Origin: an uncultured virus (IMG/VR IMGVR_UViG_3300009174_000005)
Taxonomy: Duplodnaviria; Heunggongvirae; Uroviricota; Caudoviricetes
Length of the DNA: 64,000 nt
Strand: one strand, 5' to 3'
IMG/VR virus record: IMGVR_UViG_3300009174_000005
The position numbers were made by a program, and so were the translations under genes. The notes beneath the pieces are model-generated. The model worked only from the letters and a program-made list of their open reading frames with translations, was not told the DNA's origin and did no database searches. This document shows positions 37,135 through 46,951 of this stretch, one piece after another; the stretch's first letter is position 1; every line of letters begins with the position of its first letter.

Positions 37135-37617
37135 ATGCCAATCGCAAAGCTTCCACCTAACACAATCGCGTTGACCGGCCGCAGCCGCAACATGATTATA
37201 AACGATATACCCATCCGAGATGTATTAGCTAAACCAGGTCATATAGTAGAAACATTTAACGATACGACTGTCACACCTAACGTACGTGGATGGAGACGAC
37301 ATTCATCCGCTACAGGCATTCCTAGCAAGTTTGTACTCCTAGAAAACGATATCTTTAACAAGGGTGTAGACGATACCTTTGCACTAGGTAATAGTGGCGC
37401 GGTAATGTGTCTTCGTGTAGGAGATGCTATTTGGGGGTTAATTCCTTCAGGTCAGAATATCACACAAGACGATCCTCTACAGTCGAATGGTGATGGTACT
37501 TTCAAGGCCGCAACCGCAACGACTGCCGCCGCTAACGTTGCACACTACAAGGCACAAGAAACCCTCGGCGCTGTCACTACTTTAACCCGTTGCCGTATTG
37601 AAGTTATCGTAGGATAA
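37135..37617 (+). CDS. head decoration protein
   Basis: lies between protease and capsid; KPGHIVE, LQSNGDG motifs. Confidence 0.7.
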   Translation: MPIAKLPPNTIALTGRSRNMIINDIPIRDVLAKPGHIVETFNDTTVTPNVRGWRRHSSATGIPSKFVLLENDIFNKGVDDTFALGNSGAVMCLRVGDAIWGLIPSGQNITQDDPLQSNGDGTFKAATATTAAANVAHYKAQETLGAVTTLTRCRIEVIVG

Positions 37618-37649
37618 CACACCAGTAAGCACACAAGGAGATATGAAAT

Positions 37650-38636
37650 ATGGCACTTGTACGCTCTGCCTCCCCTGAAATATTCGCCGGTGTTCCTCCC
37701 GGCGTTGACCCCGTTGCACATATTCGTGCAGCTTCCCCGCTGCCTGTCCATGCCGAAGAGTTGATAGACGCGGCTGTAACACGCCAAGCGCTAGCACGTC
37801 TAAGCGTGTGGGATGACATTGTTAATGTTTTGAAGCTTACCTACCCTATTGCCGATTGGCTCGGTACCATGGAGATTAAATGGCAGAAGCTAGGCCGCGC
37901 AGGTGGCGCCAAGCGCACTATGTTACCGGACCCTGGACAGATTCGCGGTGAAGACCAGAAGCCTGGTATGGGGCTAGACGGTGTCCCTGTGTTCTGTACT
38001 TGGGATGATTTCACTATCCATCAGCGTTTATTACACGCGTGGGCTCGTCAGGGTCAACAACTCGACACCACAATGGTGGAGCAAGCGACTCGCAACGTAA
38101 ATGAGAGTTTTGAAGATCTCATTTTATACGGTGCGTCTGATATCCTTGATTCGCCATTTCCTGTGTACGGGTTGCTAAACGCGCCGTCTGCTGTTCCAAC
38201 AACCTTTCCCAAGTGGACTGGTTCATCTGTAACAGGTGGTGATATTCTCAAAAATATAATCGCATTTGTTAAACTGGCACAAGGACAACACCACTACGGA
38301 CCATTCCGCGTTTATATTTCAACGTTCTACGGCAACATCCTAGCCGAAGATTACAAGGAATTCGGTACCATCTCCATTCTCGCCCGTCTGTTAGAGAATA
38401 AAAACATAGGTGCAATCGTCCAAGCGGATCTACTTCCTGAGGATAGCGTTGTACTGTTAGACCCCGTATCTACTGTCATTGACGTTGCTATTGGACAATC
38501 ACCTATCGCGCTGAATTGGCAAACAGGTCCAACTGCACTATCAGTCGAGAATTTCCTTGTATTAGGTGTGGCTGTCCCACGTATCAAGGTAGACTCTGTA
38601 GGCCAAGGTGGAATCGTAGTAGCTACAGGTATTTAA
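37650..38636 (+). CDS. major capsid protein (HK97 fold, encapsulin/linocin-like)
   Basis: EDLILYG...YGLLNAP, HHYGPFRVY, VPRIKVD...GIV. Confidence 0.85.
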   Translation: MALVRSASPEIFAGVPPGVDPVAHIRAASPLPVHAEELIDAAVTRQALARLSVWDDIVNVLKLTYPIADWLGTMEIKWQKLGRAGGAKRTMLPDPGQIRGEDQKPGMGLDGVPVFCTWDDFTIHQRLLHAWARQGQQLDTTMVEQATRNVNESFEDLILYGASDILDSPFPVYGLLNAPSAVPTTFPKWTGSSVTGGDILKNIIAFVKLAQGQHHYGPFRVYISTFYGNILAEDYKEFGTISILARLLENKNIGAIVQADLLPEDSVVLLDPVSTVIDVAIGQSPIALNWQTGPTALSVENFLVLGVAVPRIKVDSVGQGGIVVATGI

Positions 38637-38663
38637 GCATAAGCAAGGGAGGTACTTTTTAAA

Positions 38664-38924
38664 GTGTCCATGTTTATTCGTATCATAGACAAAGGGAGTA
38701 AGCGGGGTAGAACATATCCGTGCGACGAAGTAGAATCAGACGGAGATGTTTTAATATCATTTACGCAATCGCCAAGAGAAACTAAGAGAATCCAAGTGCC
38801 TGTAGATGACGAGTCCATAGCCTACCTAATGTCTGAGCGTGGCGATACAATACACACGTTTAGACAGACTAAGGGCAAAAGCACGGTGGACAGCAAAGAA
38901 GAAGATAAGGAGGTCGTTAAATAA
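38664..38924 (+). CDS. hypothetical protein
   Basis: GGGAGGT SD. Confidence 0.6.
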   Translation: MSMFIRIIDKGSKRGRTYPCDEVESDGDVLISFTQSPRETKRIQVPVDDESIAYLMSERGDTIHTFRQTKGKSTVDSKEEDKEVVK

Positions 38925-39289
38925 TGGCTTTATACCGTATGGTGAGAGGTTTATACGGCAGGCAGGAAGGCCCGCGTAATGTAGTGACGTATTCAGCTAC
39001 AGATGTAGATCCCGCAAAACGAGTAGTTGAATTAAGCGACGCCGAAGCGGCTGCATTAGGTGACAGAGTAGAAAAGATAGAACATATAATAGAGAAAACA
39101 GAGCAGCCTAATGATTGGTCTTTCGTATCTGATACTACGGCTGATGCATTAGCCGATACAATCCATACCATGACAGATGTGGAGCATTTAGACGATATGC
39201 GTATATACGAGAACGCCAACAAAGCACGCGTAACTGTATTACGTATGATTGACACTAGGCTAGCTGAGTTAGGGTATACAGCGGAGTAA
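38924..39289 (+). CDS. capsid-adjacent small protein
   Basis: YENANKARVTVL helix motif typical of post-capsid genes. Confidence 0.65.
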   Translation: MALYRMVRGLYGRQEGPRNVVTYSATDVDPAKRVVELSDAEAAALGDRVEKIEHIIEKTEQPNDWSFVSDTTADALADTIHTMTDVEHLDDMRIYENANKARVTVLRMIDTRLAELGYTAE

Positions 39290-39323
39290 GGAGTAAGGTG
39301 CAACCGAGCAACTAAGTATACGA

Positions 39324-39350
39324 ACACACGAGCATACGAGCATACGAGCG
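39324..39350. repeat. short 8-bp tandem repeat (CATACGAG-like)
   Basis: ACACACGAG CATACGAG CATACGAG CG. Confidence 0.7.
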
Positions 39351-39357
39351 CACTATT

Positions 39358-40076
39358 ATGTATCTATCTCCTACACTATCAAACGCAGGGGGGTATCAGC
39401 CCCTATTACTGGTGCGCGGTGTTACGTTCCTGTTTACGTTAACTATAAACCAAAATGGAGGAATTAACACCCCAGTAGACTTAACAGGTGCTACAGTAAG
39501 CGCAGTTATAACCACTACAGTAGGAGACCCTATTACTCTCTCTACGTCGATTAGCGCTCCTACTACCGGTGTTGTAAACGTCTCTCTAGACGCTAAACTG
39601 GTGCTGATCTTAAGGCTGCTGTAGTTACCGTAGAAGAGGGTACTATTTACAACGGTACTACTTGGCGTCAGACATCTATCAACATTACAATAGGCACCAC
39701 TGCCGTTGCATGGGTTTCATTCGGCAATGCTGTAGGTGCTGCTAGCACTTCATCCGCTGGCATTGTCACCATAGCCGATCAAACTGCTGTAGACGCAGGT
39801 ACAGACGCGTTAAAACCTGTAACACCTGCCACTCTAGCTGCGTGGGCGGCAGGTCCTAAGCGATATACTTCAACATTCGGCGATGGCACCAATACCACAT
39901 TCACGTTTAATCACAATTTAAACACTCGATATGTGCGTGTAGAAGTATTTCTAAACTCTGGAAACTACGACACCGTAGCCGTAAATGTGCAGCGTACTTC
40001 AGTAAATCAAGTTACAATTGTTACAGCTCCTACAGTACCGACGACTAGCCAACTAGCTATTTCAATTGGATACTAA
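39358..40076 (+). pseudogene. out-of-frame chimera of a BppU-like N-terminus and a fibre/decoration protein C-terminus
   Basis: PVDLTGATV in frame 1; a 159-codon open frame without an early start (39597-40076) in the -1 frame. Confidence 0.7.
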
Positions 40077-40119
40077 GAACAGGCATTAAAATTGGGTGTT
40101 AAAAGGTGGCTAGCTTATA

Positions 40120-40689
40120 ATGCAATCTTTAGTCGCTAATACAGTAGGGCTGTCGTCTGTTGAAGCAATCTATACTCAACGTGTATTTAGATCGCCCTTA
40201 CAATCGCCTCCATCAGGGTCGACGCCTAACGCTGGTACTGCTTATTTTGTCTATTTAGGACTAGTTGTACTGCCTATTACCCCTAAATATGTACGCGTGT
40301 ATCGGTCTGGTGTGGCCTCGGGTGCTCAAACAGTCGAAATGGGATTCTTTAGTACACCTGCCGCTCCTACATTTGGGCTGAATCAATCCGTCTCTAAGTT
40401 AGTGTCTACGTCTTCATGCTCAGATTTTACGGCTCCCGCTAGTATAAGTCAAAATTCTAGTGCGTTCGCTACAATAATACCCGCTGGAACGCACTTATGG
40501 GGCGGATTACGTTGTACGATGGGTGGTACAGCTCCTACGCTGCAAGGGCTGATACTTGATATGAATATGGGATCTATTTTAGTTACGGCGAGCGCAGCGA
40601 TCCTGACCGGTGCCGGTCCGTGGGCAGGCGTGATTCCTACGCTGAGTACGTCATGGTTAGCGCCGTGTTTATTTGGTACACTTGATTAA
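40120..40689 (+). CDS. minor virion protein (beta-rich)
   Basis: S/T/G-rich; structural module. Confidence 0.6.
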   Translation: MQSLVANTVGLSSVEAIYTQRVFRSPLQSPPSGSTPNAGTAYFVYLGLVVLPITPKYVRVYRSGVASGAQTVEMGFFSTPAAPTFGLNQSVSKLVSTSSCSDFTAPASISQNSSAFATIIPAGTHLWGGLRCTMGGTAPTLQGLILDMNMGSILVTASAAILTGAGPWAGVIPTLSTSWLAPCLFGTLD

Positions 40690-40703
40690 GGAGAAAAAAT
40701 ATA

Positions 40704-41042
40704 ATGCGTAGCACAGCTTTTACTTTCGATTTGCAAACTGATACTGTACAACCAATTACCTTGCCTGTTGGAGCTACTTTACTGACAGATGGCAAGGGAT
40801 TGTTTATGTCTATGTACAATACTACATTCTTGCAGTTTTACACGTTCGATGAAACTGTAGTTGATACAGAAGTTAGGTACTTTAGGTTATTCGATCCACT
40901 TTATTTAGCTAATATCGCGTGGAAAGAAACCCCTCCAAACTACGACATTGATACAGATGCTATGATTATTGGAGCTATTCAGAATACCGGCGGTGACGCA
41001 TTTATATTTTGTGAAGTGCCTGCACCTCCCACACCTGTATAA
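40704..41042 (+). CDS. conserved phage protein
   Basis: AAGGAG SD; QPITLPVGA...EVRYFRLF pattern. Confidence 0.65.
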   Translation: MRSTAFTFDLQTDTVQPITLPVGATLLTDGKGLFMSMYNTTFLQFYTFDETVVDTEVRYFRLFDPLYLANIAWKETPPNYDIDTDAMIIGAIQNTGGDAFIFCEVPAPPTPV

Positions 41043-41058
41043 AGGTTTATAAACGTAA

Positions 41059-41634
41059 ATGCCTACGTTCAATGCGACTCCAGGCGATCCACTAGCCAAT
41101 TCATACGCTACGGTAGCTGAGTTTAGGGACTACTGTACTAGCCGAGTGCCTGTCGTTCCATGGATTGCAACCGCGTCAGATGCATATTGTCAAGCTGTAT
41201 TGATTACAGCCACTAGATTGCTAGATGCTTGCTTTCAGTGGACAGGCATTGCAACAACTGACACACAGGCATTATGTTGGTACCGTGCAGGTATGCTAAG
41301 TCGTAACGGACGAGCGGTAGACTCGCTTACTATACCTCTAGAAATCAAAGCCGCTGATTGTGAAATGGCTGTAAACGTTGGAAGTGGCGATTTATTAGCA
41401 AGTAATGACGCGGCAAAACAAAACGTTTCAAGCGTCGCCGCTGGTAGCGTTAACGTTCACTTTCAAAACGTGGACTCTAGCCACATTGAAGCTGTCAATC
41501 TTGCTATCAGACGTGCAGGCAGTGAATTTAACTATGTGTCAAATTTTGTACCTGATGTTATAAGGATAATGCTTGTACCATCATGGTATGTGCAAGCACA
41601 GATTGTGCTACCTGCGATATTACGGGCGATATAG
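41059..41634 (+). CDS. head-tail adaptor (DnaT-like annotated family)
   Basis: ANSYATVAEF, ATRLLD, WTG...QALCW.R, IPLEIKAA.CE.A. Confidence 0.85.
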   Translation: MPTFNATPGDPLANSYATVAEFRDYCTSRVPVVPWIATASDAYCQAVLITATRLLDACFQWTGIATTDTQALCWYRAGMLSRNGRAVDSLTIPLEIKAADCEMAVNVGSGDLLASNDAAKQNVSSVAAGSVNVHFQNVDSSHIEAVNLAIRRAGSEFNYVSNFVPDVIRIMLVPSWYVQAQIVLPAILRAI

Positions 41635-41735
41635 ATGTCAATATCTATTTATCGTTGTTCGTCGTGCGGTGGGTTTATTATATGGATAGATAAACGTAGA
41701 TATTGTATGGATCAGATAAGCCCAACATGTGAGCG

Positions 41736-42140
41736 TTGATTATGGCATTTCCGTTAGAGATTTTGAAATCTGGCATCCGTACAGCTAACAAGCTGACTAC
41801 AGGCGTGCAATCTGTGTTCACTCTAGAACAGTACACAGGGCAAGGATATGCGGGTGGTAAAACATACGCCGCGCCTGTTGCACTACACGGAGTAGTAGAT
41901 TTCACATCTAAGCCTGTAATTAAGTTATCAGGTGAGACAGTTACAGCGGTTGTAACTATCACAGTTGTAGGGGATATACTGCCGAACGGTGCGGCTGGTA
42001 GAAGAGAACCTGTAGATCCTCGCGATAGAATAATCTTAAGTAATGGATTTACGGGACCTATCATAGATGCACCTGGTAGCGTGCTAGATCCGTCTACCGG
42101 TAGAGGGTTGATTCATGTTATAATGTTGGGTGCGGTATAG
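41736..42140 (+). CDS. head closure/stopper protein
   Basis: position; VDPRDRIIL..G. Confidence 0.7.
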   Translation: MIMAFPLEILKSGIRTANKLTTGVQSVFTLEQYTGQGYAGGKTYAAPVALHGVVDFTSKPVIKLSGETVTAVVTITVVGDILPNGAAGRREPVDPRDRIILSNGFTGPIIDAPGSVLDPSTGRGLIHVIMLGAV

Positions 42141-42170
42141 ACCTAGAAAGAAAAGAAAGGAGAGCACCAC

Positions 42171-42449
42171 ATGCCAAGTATAGATCGTAAATTCAAAATT
42201 AGTGCAACGTCTATAGGTTCAGGTAATACGTATACGGAGGAAAGCGCTGTATTGTTTCTAGCCAAAGACAGAGCATTCCTTCCTACTCTACGTGATTATC
42301 TTAAACACTGCACAGAGCTAGGGGCCGGTCCAGAGCAACTAGAAGCTGTTAAATTAATGATTCAGCGTGTAGAAGTATTCCAAGCGCAAAACGAAACAAA
42401 GATACCAGACGTAGACCCAAATACAGAGTCTATTGCTTTGATGCCGTAA
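42171..42449 (+). CDS. conserved small phage protein
   Basis: VLFLAKDRAFLPTLRDY. Confidence 0.7.
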   Translation: MPSIDRKFKISATSIGSGNTYTEESAVLFLAKDRAFLPTLRDYLKHCTELGAGPEQLEAVKLMIQRVEVFQAQNETKIPDVDPNTESIALMP

Positions 42450-42498
42450 AAAGAAATTGTTAGTTACAAGGCACAACGAAAGGAAATAGGAACCTTTT

Positions 42499-43377
42499 AT
42501 GCAGAGTGAAGAATTCGAGTTTACTACAAGTCGTAGAGTACGAGCGGCAGATTTCAAATCTAAGTGGTTAATTGAACGTGCTGAAGAGTTGTTTGAGCCT
42601 GTTAAGTACCATAGGAAGCTTTGGGAGTACGCGGCAATATGTCAAGTGTATAAAGAACGTATACACTATGAAAGGGTTTACTATTTACAAGACCCTGCTA
42701 CTTTGGACATTGTCTCCCCTGCACATGTGTTGGGTTTTGGCGTAGGTAGAGAACCGTTACCAGCTTGGTTTTCCGCACAGAAGAGCGCAAACGTTATAGC
42801 GACTGATAAATCTTCTACCACGTCAAATAAAGACTGGATTAAGACCAAGCAACACGCAGACGGTTTTATGCAGTTGACTCGTTTACCTAATACCGTTGAG
42901 TCAGAATTTAGCGAACGTGTCCTATATCAATCGGTGGACATGAGCAGAATACCTGATGATCTATTACGCGGCGAATTTGACTTTACGTGGTCTTGCAGTT
43001 CATTCGAGCATATCGGCGGAATTGAAAAGGGTTTAGATTTCTTCTGTAATCAAATGAAATGCTTACGTCCAGGCGGGGTAGCAGTGCACACAACAGAATT
43101 TGATTGCTCGTACGAATTAGGTTCGCCTAGCCCAGCACTGGACACCGTGAATTTGTGTTTGTTTCGCATAACAGACTTACGACGACTAGAAGAGAGATTG
43201 CGTTTACAGGGTGATTTACTGGTGGCGCTAGATCCGTATGTTGATAAGCTACATCCTGCTGATTTATTCATCGATAGAGAGCCTTACACCCATTCTCCGT
43301 ATCACCTTAATATTGCAATTGGCGAGTATGTAACAACGTCGATTATATTGATTGCGATTAGAGGGGGTGTGAAGTGA
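42499..43377 (+). CDS. class I SAM-dependent methyltransferase
   Basis: HRKLWEY, VLGFGVGREP, FDFTWSCSSFEH, LRPGG..VHTTE. Confidence 0.88.
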   Translation: MQSEEFEFTTSRRVRAADFKSKWLIERAEELFEPVKYHRKLWEYAAICQVYKERIHYERVYYLQDPATLDIVSPAHVLGFGVGREPLPAWFSAQKSANVIATDKSSTTSNKDWIKTKQHADGFMQLTRLPNTVESEFSERVLYQSVDMSRIPDDLLRGEFDFTWSCSSFEHIGGIEKGLDFFCNQMKCLRPGGVAVHTTEFDCSYELGSPSPALDTVNLCLFRITDLRRLEERLRLQGDLLVALDPYVDKLHPADLFIDREPYTHSPYHLNIAIGEYVTTSIILIAIRGGVK

Positions 43378-44033
43378 TTATAAACGTAGACGGTCTAACT
43401 GTAGTAATGATTACGTGTCAACAGAGAGAACCTACGTATCTGCACGATACTCTAGCAAGCTTAAGAAAGGCGACGTATACTAGCCTTGGGCTAAGTTTTA
43501 CTATATTTAATGACATAAAAAGGCTAGCTAACAGAAATGCATCTGATGCACTTGAATTTGCGAGTGGTATACAGAGGCCATGGGTGTTATTCTTAGAAGA
43601 CGATATCCAAGTATGTGCTAGATTTTTCGACTCTGTGTCCGCGTGGCTTACCCGTTGGCAGTCACCAGAGTACCGCATATACTCTTTCGGTTGTGCTTAT
43701 CCGGAAGTATCAGAACGTATTCCAGGTCGCGAATCGTGGCCTTATCCAATAGATCAATTCTACGGGACACAAGCGTTTGCAATTCGCCGTGAAGACGCTG
43801 CCACACTTGCAGAGTACCTAGCTACGACAGATGATCCTCCCGGTCAATATGATCTATCAATGCATAAATGGGCACGTAAATTCTACCCTAGTTTAAATTA
43901 CTTCTTGGCGTCTGTACCGTCATTCGTGCAACATATTGGCACTGTATCGTCTATCCGTCCTGATGAACCGTCTTTTACATTCCAATCATTCCCCGGTGAA
44001 GATTGGTCTTATGTAAAGGACGGCGCAAAATGA
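43374..44033 (+). CDS. GT-A fold glycosyltransferase-like protein
   Basis: R..YLHDTLASL, LFLEDDI, PSFVQHIG.VSS. Confidence 0.75.
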   Translation: MIINVDGLTVVMITCQQREPTYLHDTLASLRKATYTSLGLSFTIFNDIKRLANRNASDALEFASGIQRPWVLFLEDDIQVCARFFDSVSAWLTRWQSPEYRIYSFGCAYPEVSERIPGRESWPYPIDQFYGTQAFAIRREDAATLAEYLATTDDPPGQYDLSMHKWARKFYPSLNYFLASVPSFVQHIGTVSSIRPDEPSFTFQSFPGEDWSYVKDGAK

Positions 44034-44266
44034 AAATAAATGTGCTAATCAACGCTCTACAAAGATTAGACGAAAACGAAGAAATAACAGTAATGGGGTG
44101 TGATGTATACGGGTGTGATGTTGATGACTCGTGCAACTTAGCTTTAGTGTCTAGAAAACAAGACGGTAGTTTGATATTGCGCGGTCTTGACTGGCCGCTA
44201 GACAAATTAAGTGAAAAACCTAAAGAATCGTATGAAGACTTAATCATACTAGGTGGTGGTGTGTAA
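44030..44266 (+). CDS. small hypothetical protein
   Basis: ATGA and TAATG coupling on both sides. Confidence 0.55.
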   Translation: MKINVLINALQRLDENEEITVMGCDVYGCDVDDSCNLALVSRKQDGSLILRGLDWPLDKLSEKPKESYEDLIILGGGV

Positions 44267-45453
44267 TGCCCAGTATCTTATGGGTTGGCGACGCTATCGT
44301 CTCATCTGGATTTGCAAAGTGCACACACGCTGTATGCGATCATCTACATTCAATCGGATGGGACGTACACGTATTAGGAATAAATTACTTCGGTGATCCA
44401 CACGATAAACCGTACAATATCTACCCCTGTATGCAGCCTATAGCCGGTGGACACGATTCGTTCGGCGTATCACGTCTGCCTCGTTTAATTCATGAATTAT
44501 CCCCTGATGTTATAGTTTTGTTAAATGATCCTTGGAATATTCCAGCTTACTTAGATTCTGTAACTAAATATTTCAACGGCTCCGATATTGTCGTGCCGCC
44601 TATTTTCGGCTGGCTTGCAGTAGATGCTAAAAACCAGCATGCTAAACCTTTAAACCTTCTAGCGCATGTCGCCGTGTGGACTCAATTCGCGGCAGGTGAA
44701 TTAGCTCTAGGCGGATACACAGGCGAGTGCTCAATCATACCTCTAGGCGTCGACACTTCCATATTCTACCCGCGAGATAAAACAGAATCCCGCTTAGCCT
44801 TATCCACAGGTTGCGATACTGATTTATCATCAGCATTCGTCGTCGGTTGTGTAGGTCGCAATCAACCACGCAAACGACTAGACTTAACCATTCAATACTT
44901 CGCTGAGTGGATTAAACAGTGTGGTATCGACGACGCGTACTTATATCTACATGTCGGGCCTACAGGTGACATGGGCTTTGACATCGTAAGTTTAGTAAGG
45001 TATTATGGAGTACAAGGCAAGGTGCTGGTGGCATCGCCCGAGGTAGGCAAGGGCCTAGATGAGAGTTTAATGCCTGTAGTGTACAGTAGTTTAGACGTGT
45101 TATTGAATACATCACAAGGCGAAGGATGGGGTTTGACAGTGTTAGAGGCAATGGCGTGTGGGACACCTTGCATAGTGCCTGATTGGTCAGGATTAGGGGA
45201 TTGGGCTAGGGGTGTTGCATACTTGGTGCCTTGCACCAGTACGGCAATATCCGCGCCGTTGAACTCACTAGCATATACGATAGGCGGAATACCTGATAAA
45301 CAAATGATGATAGATGCTCTATCGCTGGCTTACAATGCTACACACGTACAAAGTGAAACAGGTATAGTGCTTGCTAAGCGTCTATCTTGGCAATCTACCG
45401 CAAGTAAATTTCAGTCAATGCTGGAAAATGTTTTACAGGATTTAAACGGTTGA
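44266..45453 (+). CDS. GT4 (GT-B) glycosyltransferase
   Basis: SGFA, IPLGVD..FYP, GRNQPRKRLD, EGWGLTVLEAMACGTP. Confidence 0.92.
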   Translation: MPSILWVGDAIVSSGFAKCTHAVCDHLHSIGWDVHVLGINYFGDPHDKPYNIYPCMQPIAGGHDSFGVSRLPRLIHELSPDVIVLLNDPWNIPAYLDSVTKYFNGSDIVVPPIFGWLAVDAKNQHAKPLNLLAHVAVWTQFAAGELALGGYTGECSIIPLGVDTSIFYPRDKTESRLALSTGCDTDLSSAFVVGCVGRNQPRKRLDLTIQYFAEWIKQCGIDDAYLYLHVGPTGDMGFDIVSLVRYYGVQGKVLVASPEVGKGLDESLMPVVYSSLDVLLNTSQGEGWGLTVLEAMACGTPCIVPDWSGLGDWARGVAYLVPCTSTAISAPLNSLAYTIGGIPDKQMMIDALSLAYNATHVQSETGIVLAKRLSWQSTASKFQSMLENVLQDLNG

Positions 45454-45454
45454 A

Positions 45455-45898
45455 ATGTCTAACCCACCTACCTACTACCTAGATATCTTAGCCGTTCAAC
45501 GTCCATTCCCTATTGGCGTTGACGACTCGGATAGACCTATGTACTCTGTCAACTTCCAAGCTACAGCACGCACACCCGTTTATCAATTTGAAGAGGATCT
45601 AGCCGCAATATTAACTTCTGCCTCTATAGGCATATTAGGCGTTAACGTATTCACAAGTCCATCGGCTGAAATACCCTCTGGCAACCCTGCCGATACAAAC
45701 GCCTATATAGTTATACTATCTACAGGTGGGCAAGCATCCGATCACCCTCAGCATACAGACGACACCTCAATAGAACACTTATCGGCACAAATTGAAATAC
45801 GCCATATAGATGCTTTAACCTGTCGCTCTGTAGCATATGCAGTATATTACGCAATAGACAATACTCGAAATGCGTTAATAACAAACATTAACGCTTAA
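45455..45898 (+). CDS. tail terminator/completion protein
   Basis: AVQRPFPIGVDDSDRPMYSVNF; precedes major tail protein. Confidence 0.7.
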   Translation: MSNPPTYYLDILAVQRPFPIGVDDSDRPMYSVNFQATARTPVYQFEEDLAAILTSASIGILGVNVFTSPSAEIPSGNPADTNAYIVILSTGGQASDHPQHTDDTSIEHLSAQIEIRHIDALTCRSVAYAVYYAIDNTRNALITNINA

Positions 45899-45923
45899 CC
45901 AGTAGGAGGTTATAAAACACGCC

Positions 45924-46400
45924 ATGGCAAACTCAGGTGTGGAAGCTGGTCACAATACTATACTGAAAATCGCGTTAGACCCTGTGGGATCGCCGGGTAC
46001 ACGTACGCGAGTCGCACAGGTGTCTAGCAACGTTGACTTTCCCAAGCTCAATAGAAAGGAAACCGAAGTCACAGCAGAAGAGAATACCATCGATGCGTGG
46101 ATCACTGGCGTACTGTCCAGAGATGCTTTTCAGTGGACGGTAAACTATATCTATGACGAGGCGACACACATTGCTTTACAGGGATTAATGGTAAGTAATC
46201 TTACCTTTGGGCTAGAGCTGCAAGGCCCTCCATACCCTGGTAGTGTAACCCCTGCTGGTATTTGGATCATGAGCGGCGTACTAACCGCTTGGCAAGTTAA
46301 GAATCCCATTCGTGTAGGTCAGCGTACGGCAGATGTTATGTTTAGAGCATCTGGTCCTATGATCATCAATGGCGTATTAATCGGTGCTGACGTAGCGTAG
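45924..46400 (+). CDS. major tail tube protein
   Basis: ETEVT...WITG...F.ASGP; AGGAGG SD. Confidence 0.8.
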   Translation: MANSGVEAGHNTILKIALDPVGSPGTRTRVAQVSSNVDFPKLNRKETEVTAEENTIDAWITGVLSRDAFQWTVNYIYDEATHIALQGLMVSNLTFGLELQGPPYPGSVTPAGIWIMSGVLTAWQVKNPIRVGQRTADVMFRASGPMIINGVLIGADVA

Positions 46401-46441
46401 CAGCTTAATAAACTCACACACACAGGGAGGTACTTTTCAAA

Positions 46442-46951
46442 ATGTCGCCTAATCTTACTGCTGCACTGTTCTCCGCTGCAATTGCAAAGACGTATCCAGT
46501 TGAAATTCCTGAATTATCCGGTACTATGTACGTCAAGAAACCTTCAGCGGCGGAAGTATTTGACTTCATAAAGCAATCACAAATTGATAACGTAGATAAG
46601 CAGGAGCTTGTAGTAGCATTTGTGTCGAATCACATCGTAGACGTAGACAATAATAACGCTTTGATATTCAGCGATGCTTTCCCATTATCTGGCCTGCCCA
46701 TTGACGTATTCAACTCGATCACTACTAGAGCTATGGAGTCTCTAGGATTGGCTGCTGCTTCTACTGCTGAGCCCGTACGTGATAACACATTACCAGCTGT
46801 AGACCCTGCTACTGATACTGATGATACATCTACACCACTACACCAATCACCGTCATTAACCCTGGTTACTAATAACACAGACGTACATCAACCTATGAGG
46901 CCAGACGATTTAAACGTTTCAAGCGTGGCGGAGGGTACTACGACCTCCTAA
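46442..46951 (+). CDS. tail assembly chaperone (gpG-like)
   Basis: VEIPELSGTMYVK; slippery site near 3' end. Confidence 0.8.
   Translation: MSPNLTAALFSAAIAKTYPVEIPELSGTMYVKKPSAAEVFDFIKQSQIDNVDKQELVVAFVSNHIVDVDNNNALIFSDAFPLSGLPIDVFNSITTRAMESLGLAAASTAEPVRDNTLPAVDPATDTDDTSTPLHQSPSLTLVTNNTDVHQPMRPDDLNVSSVAEGTTTS

Noticed and set aside
37650..38636. Encapsulin nanocompartment
   Set aside because: Lies in a portal-protease-decoration-capsid-tail operon, so it is the phage capsid.
39324..39350. CRISPR or iteron array
   Set aside because: Only about three 8-bp units with no spacers.
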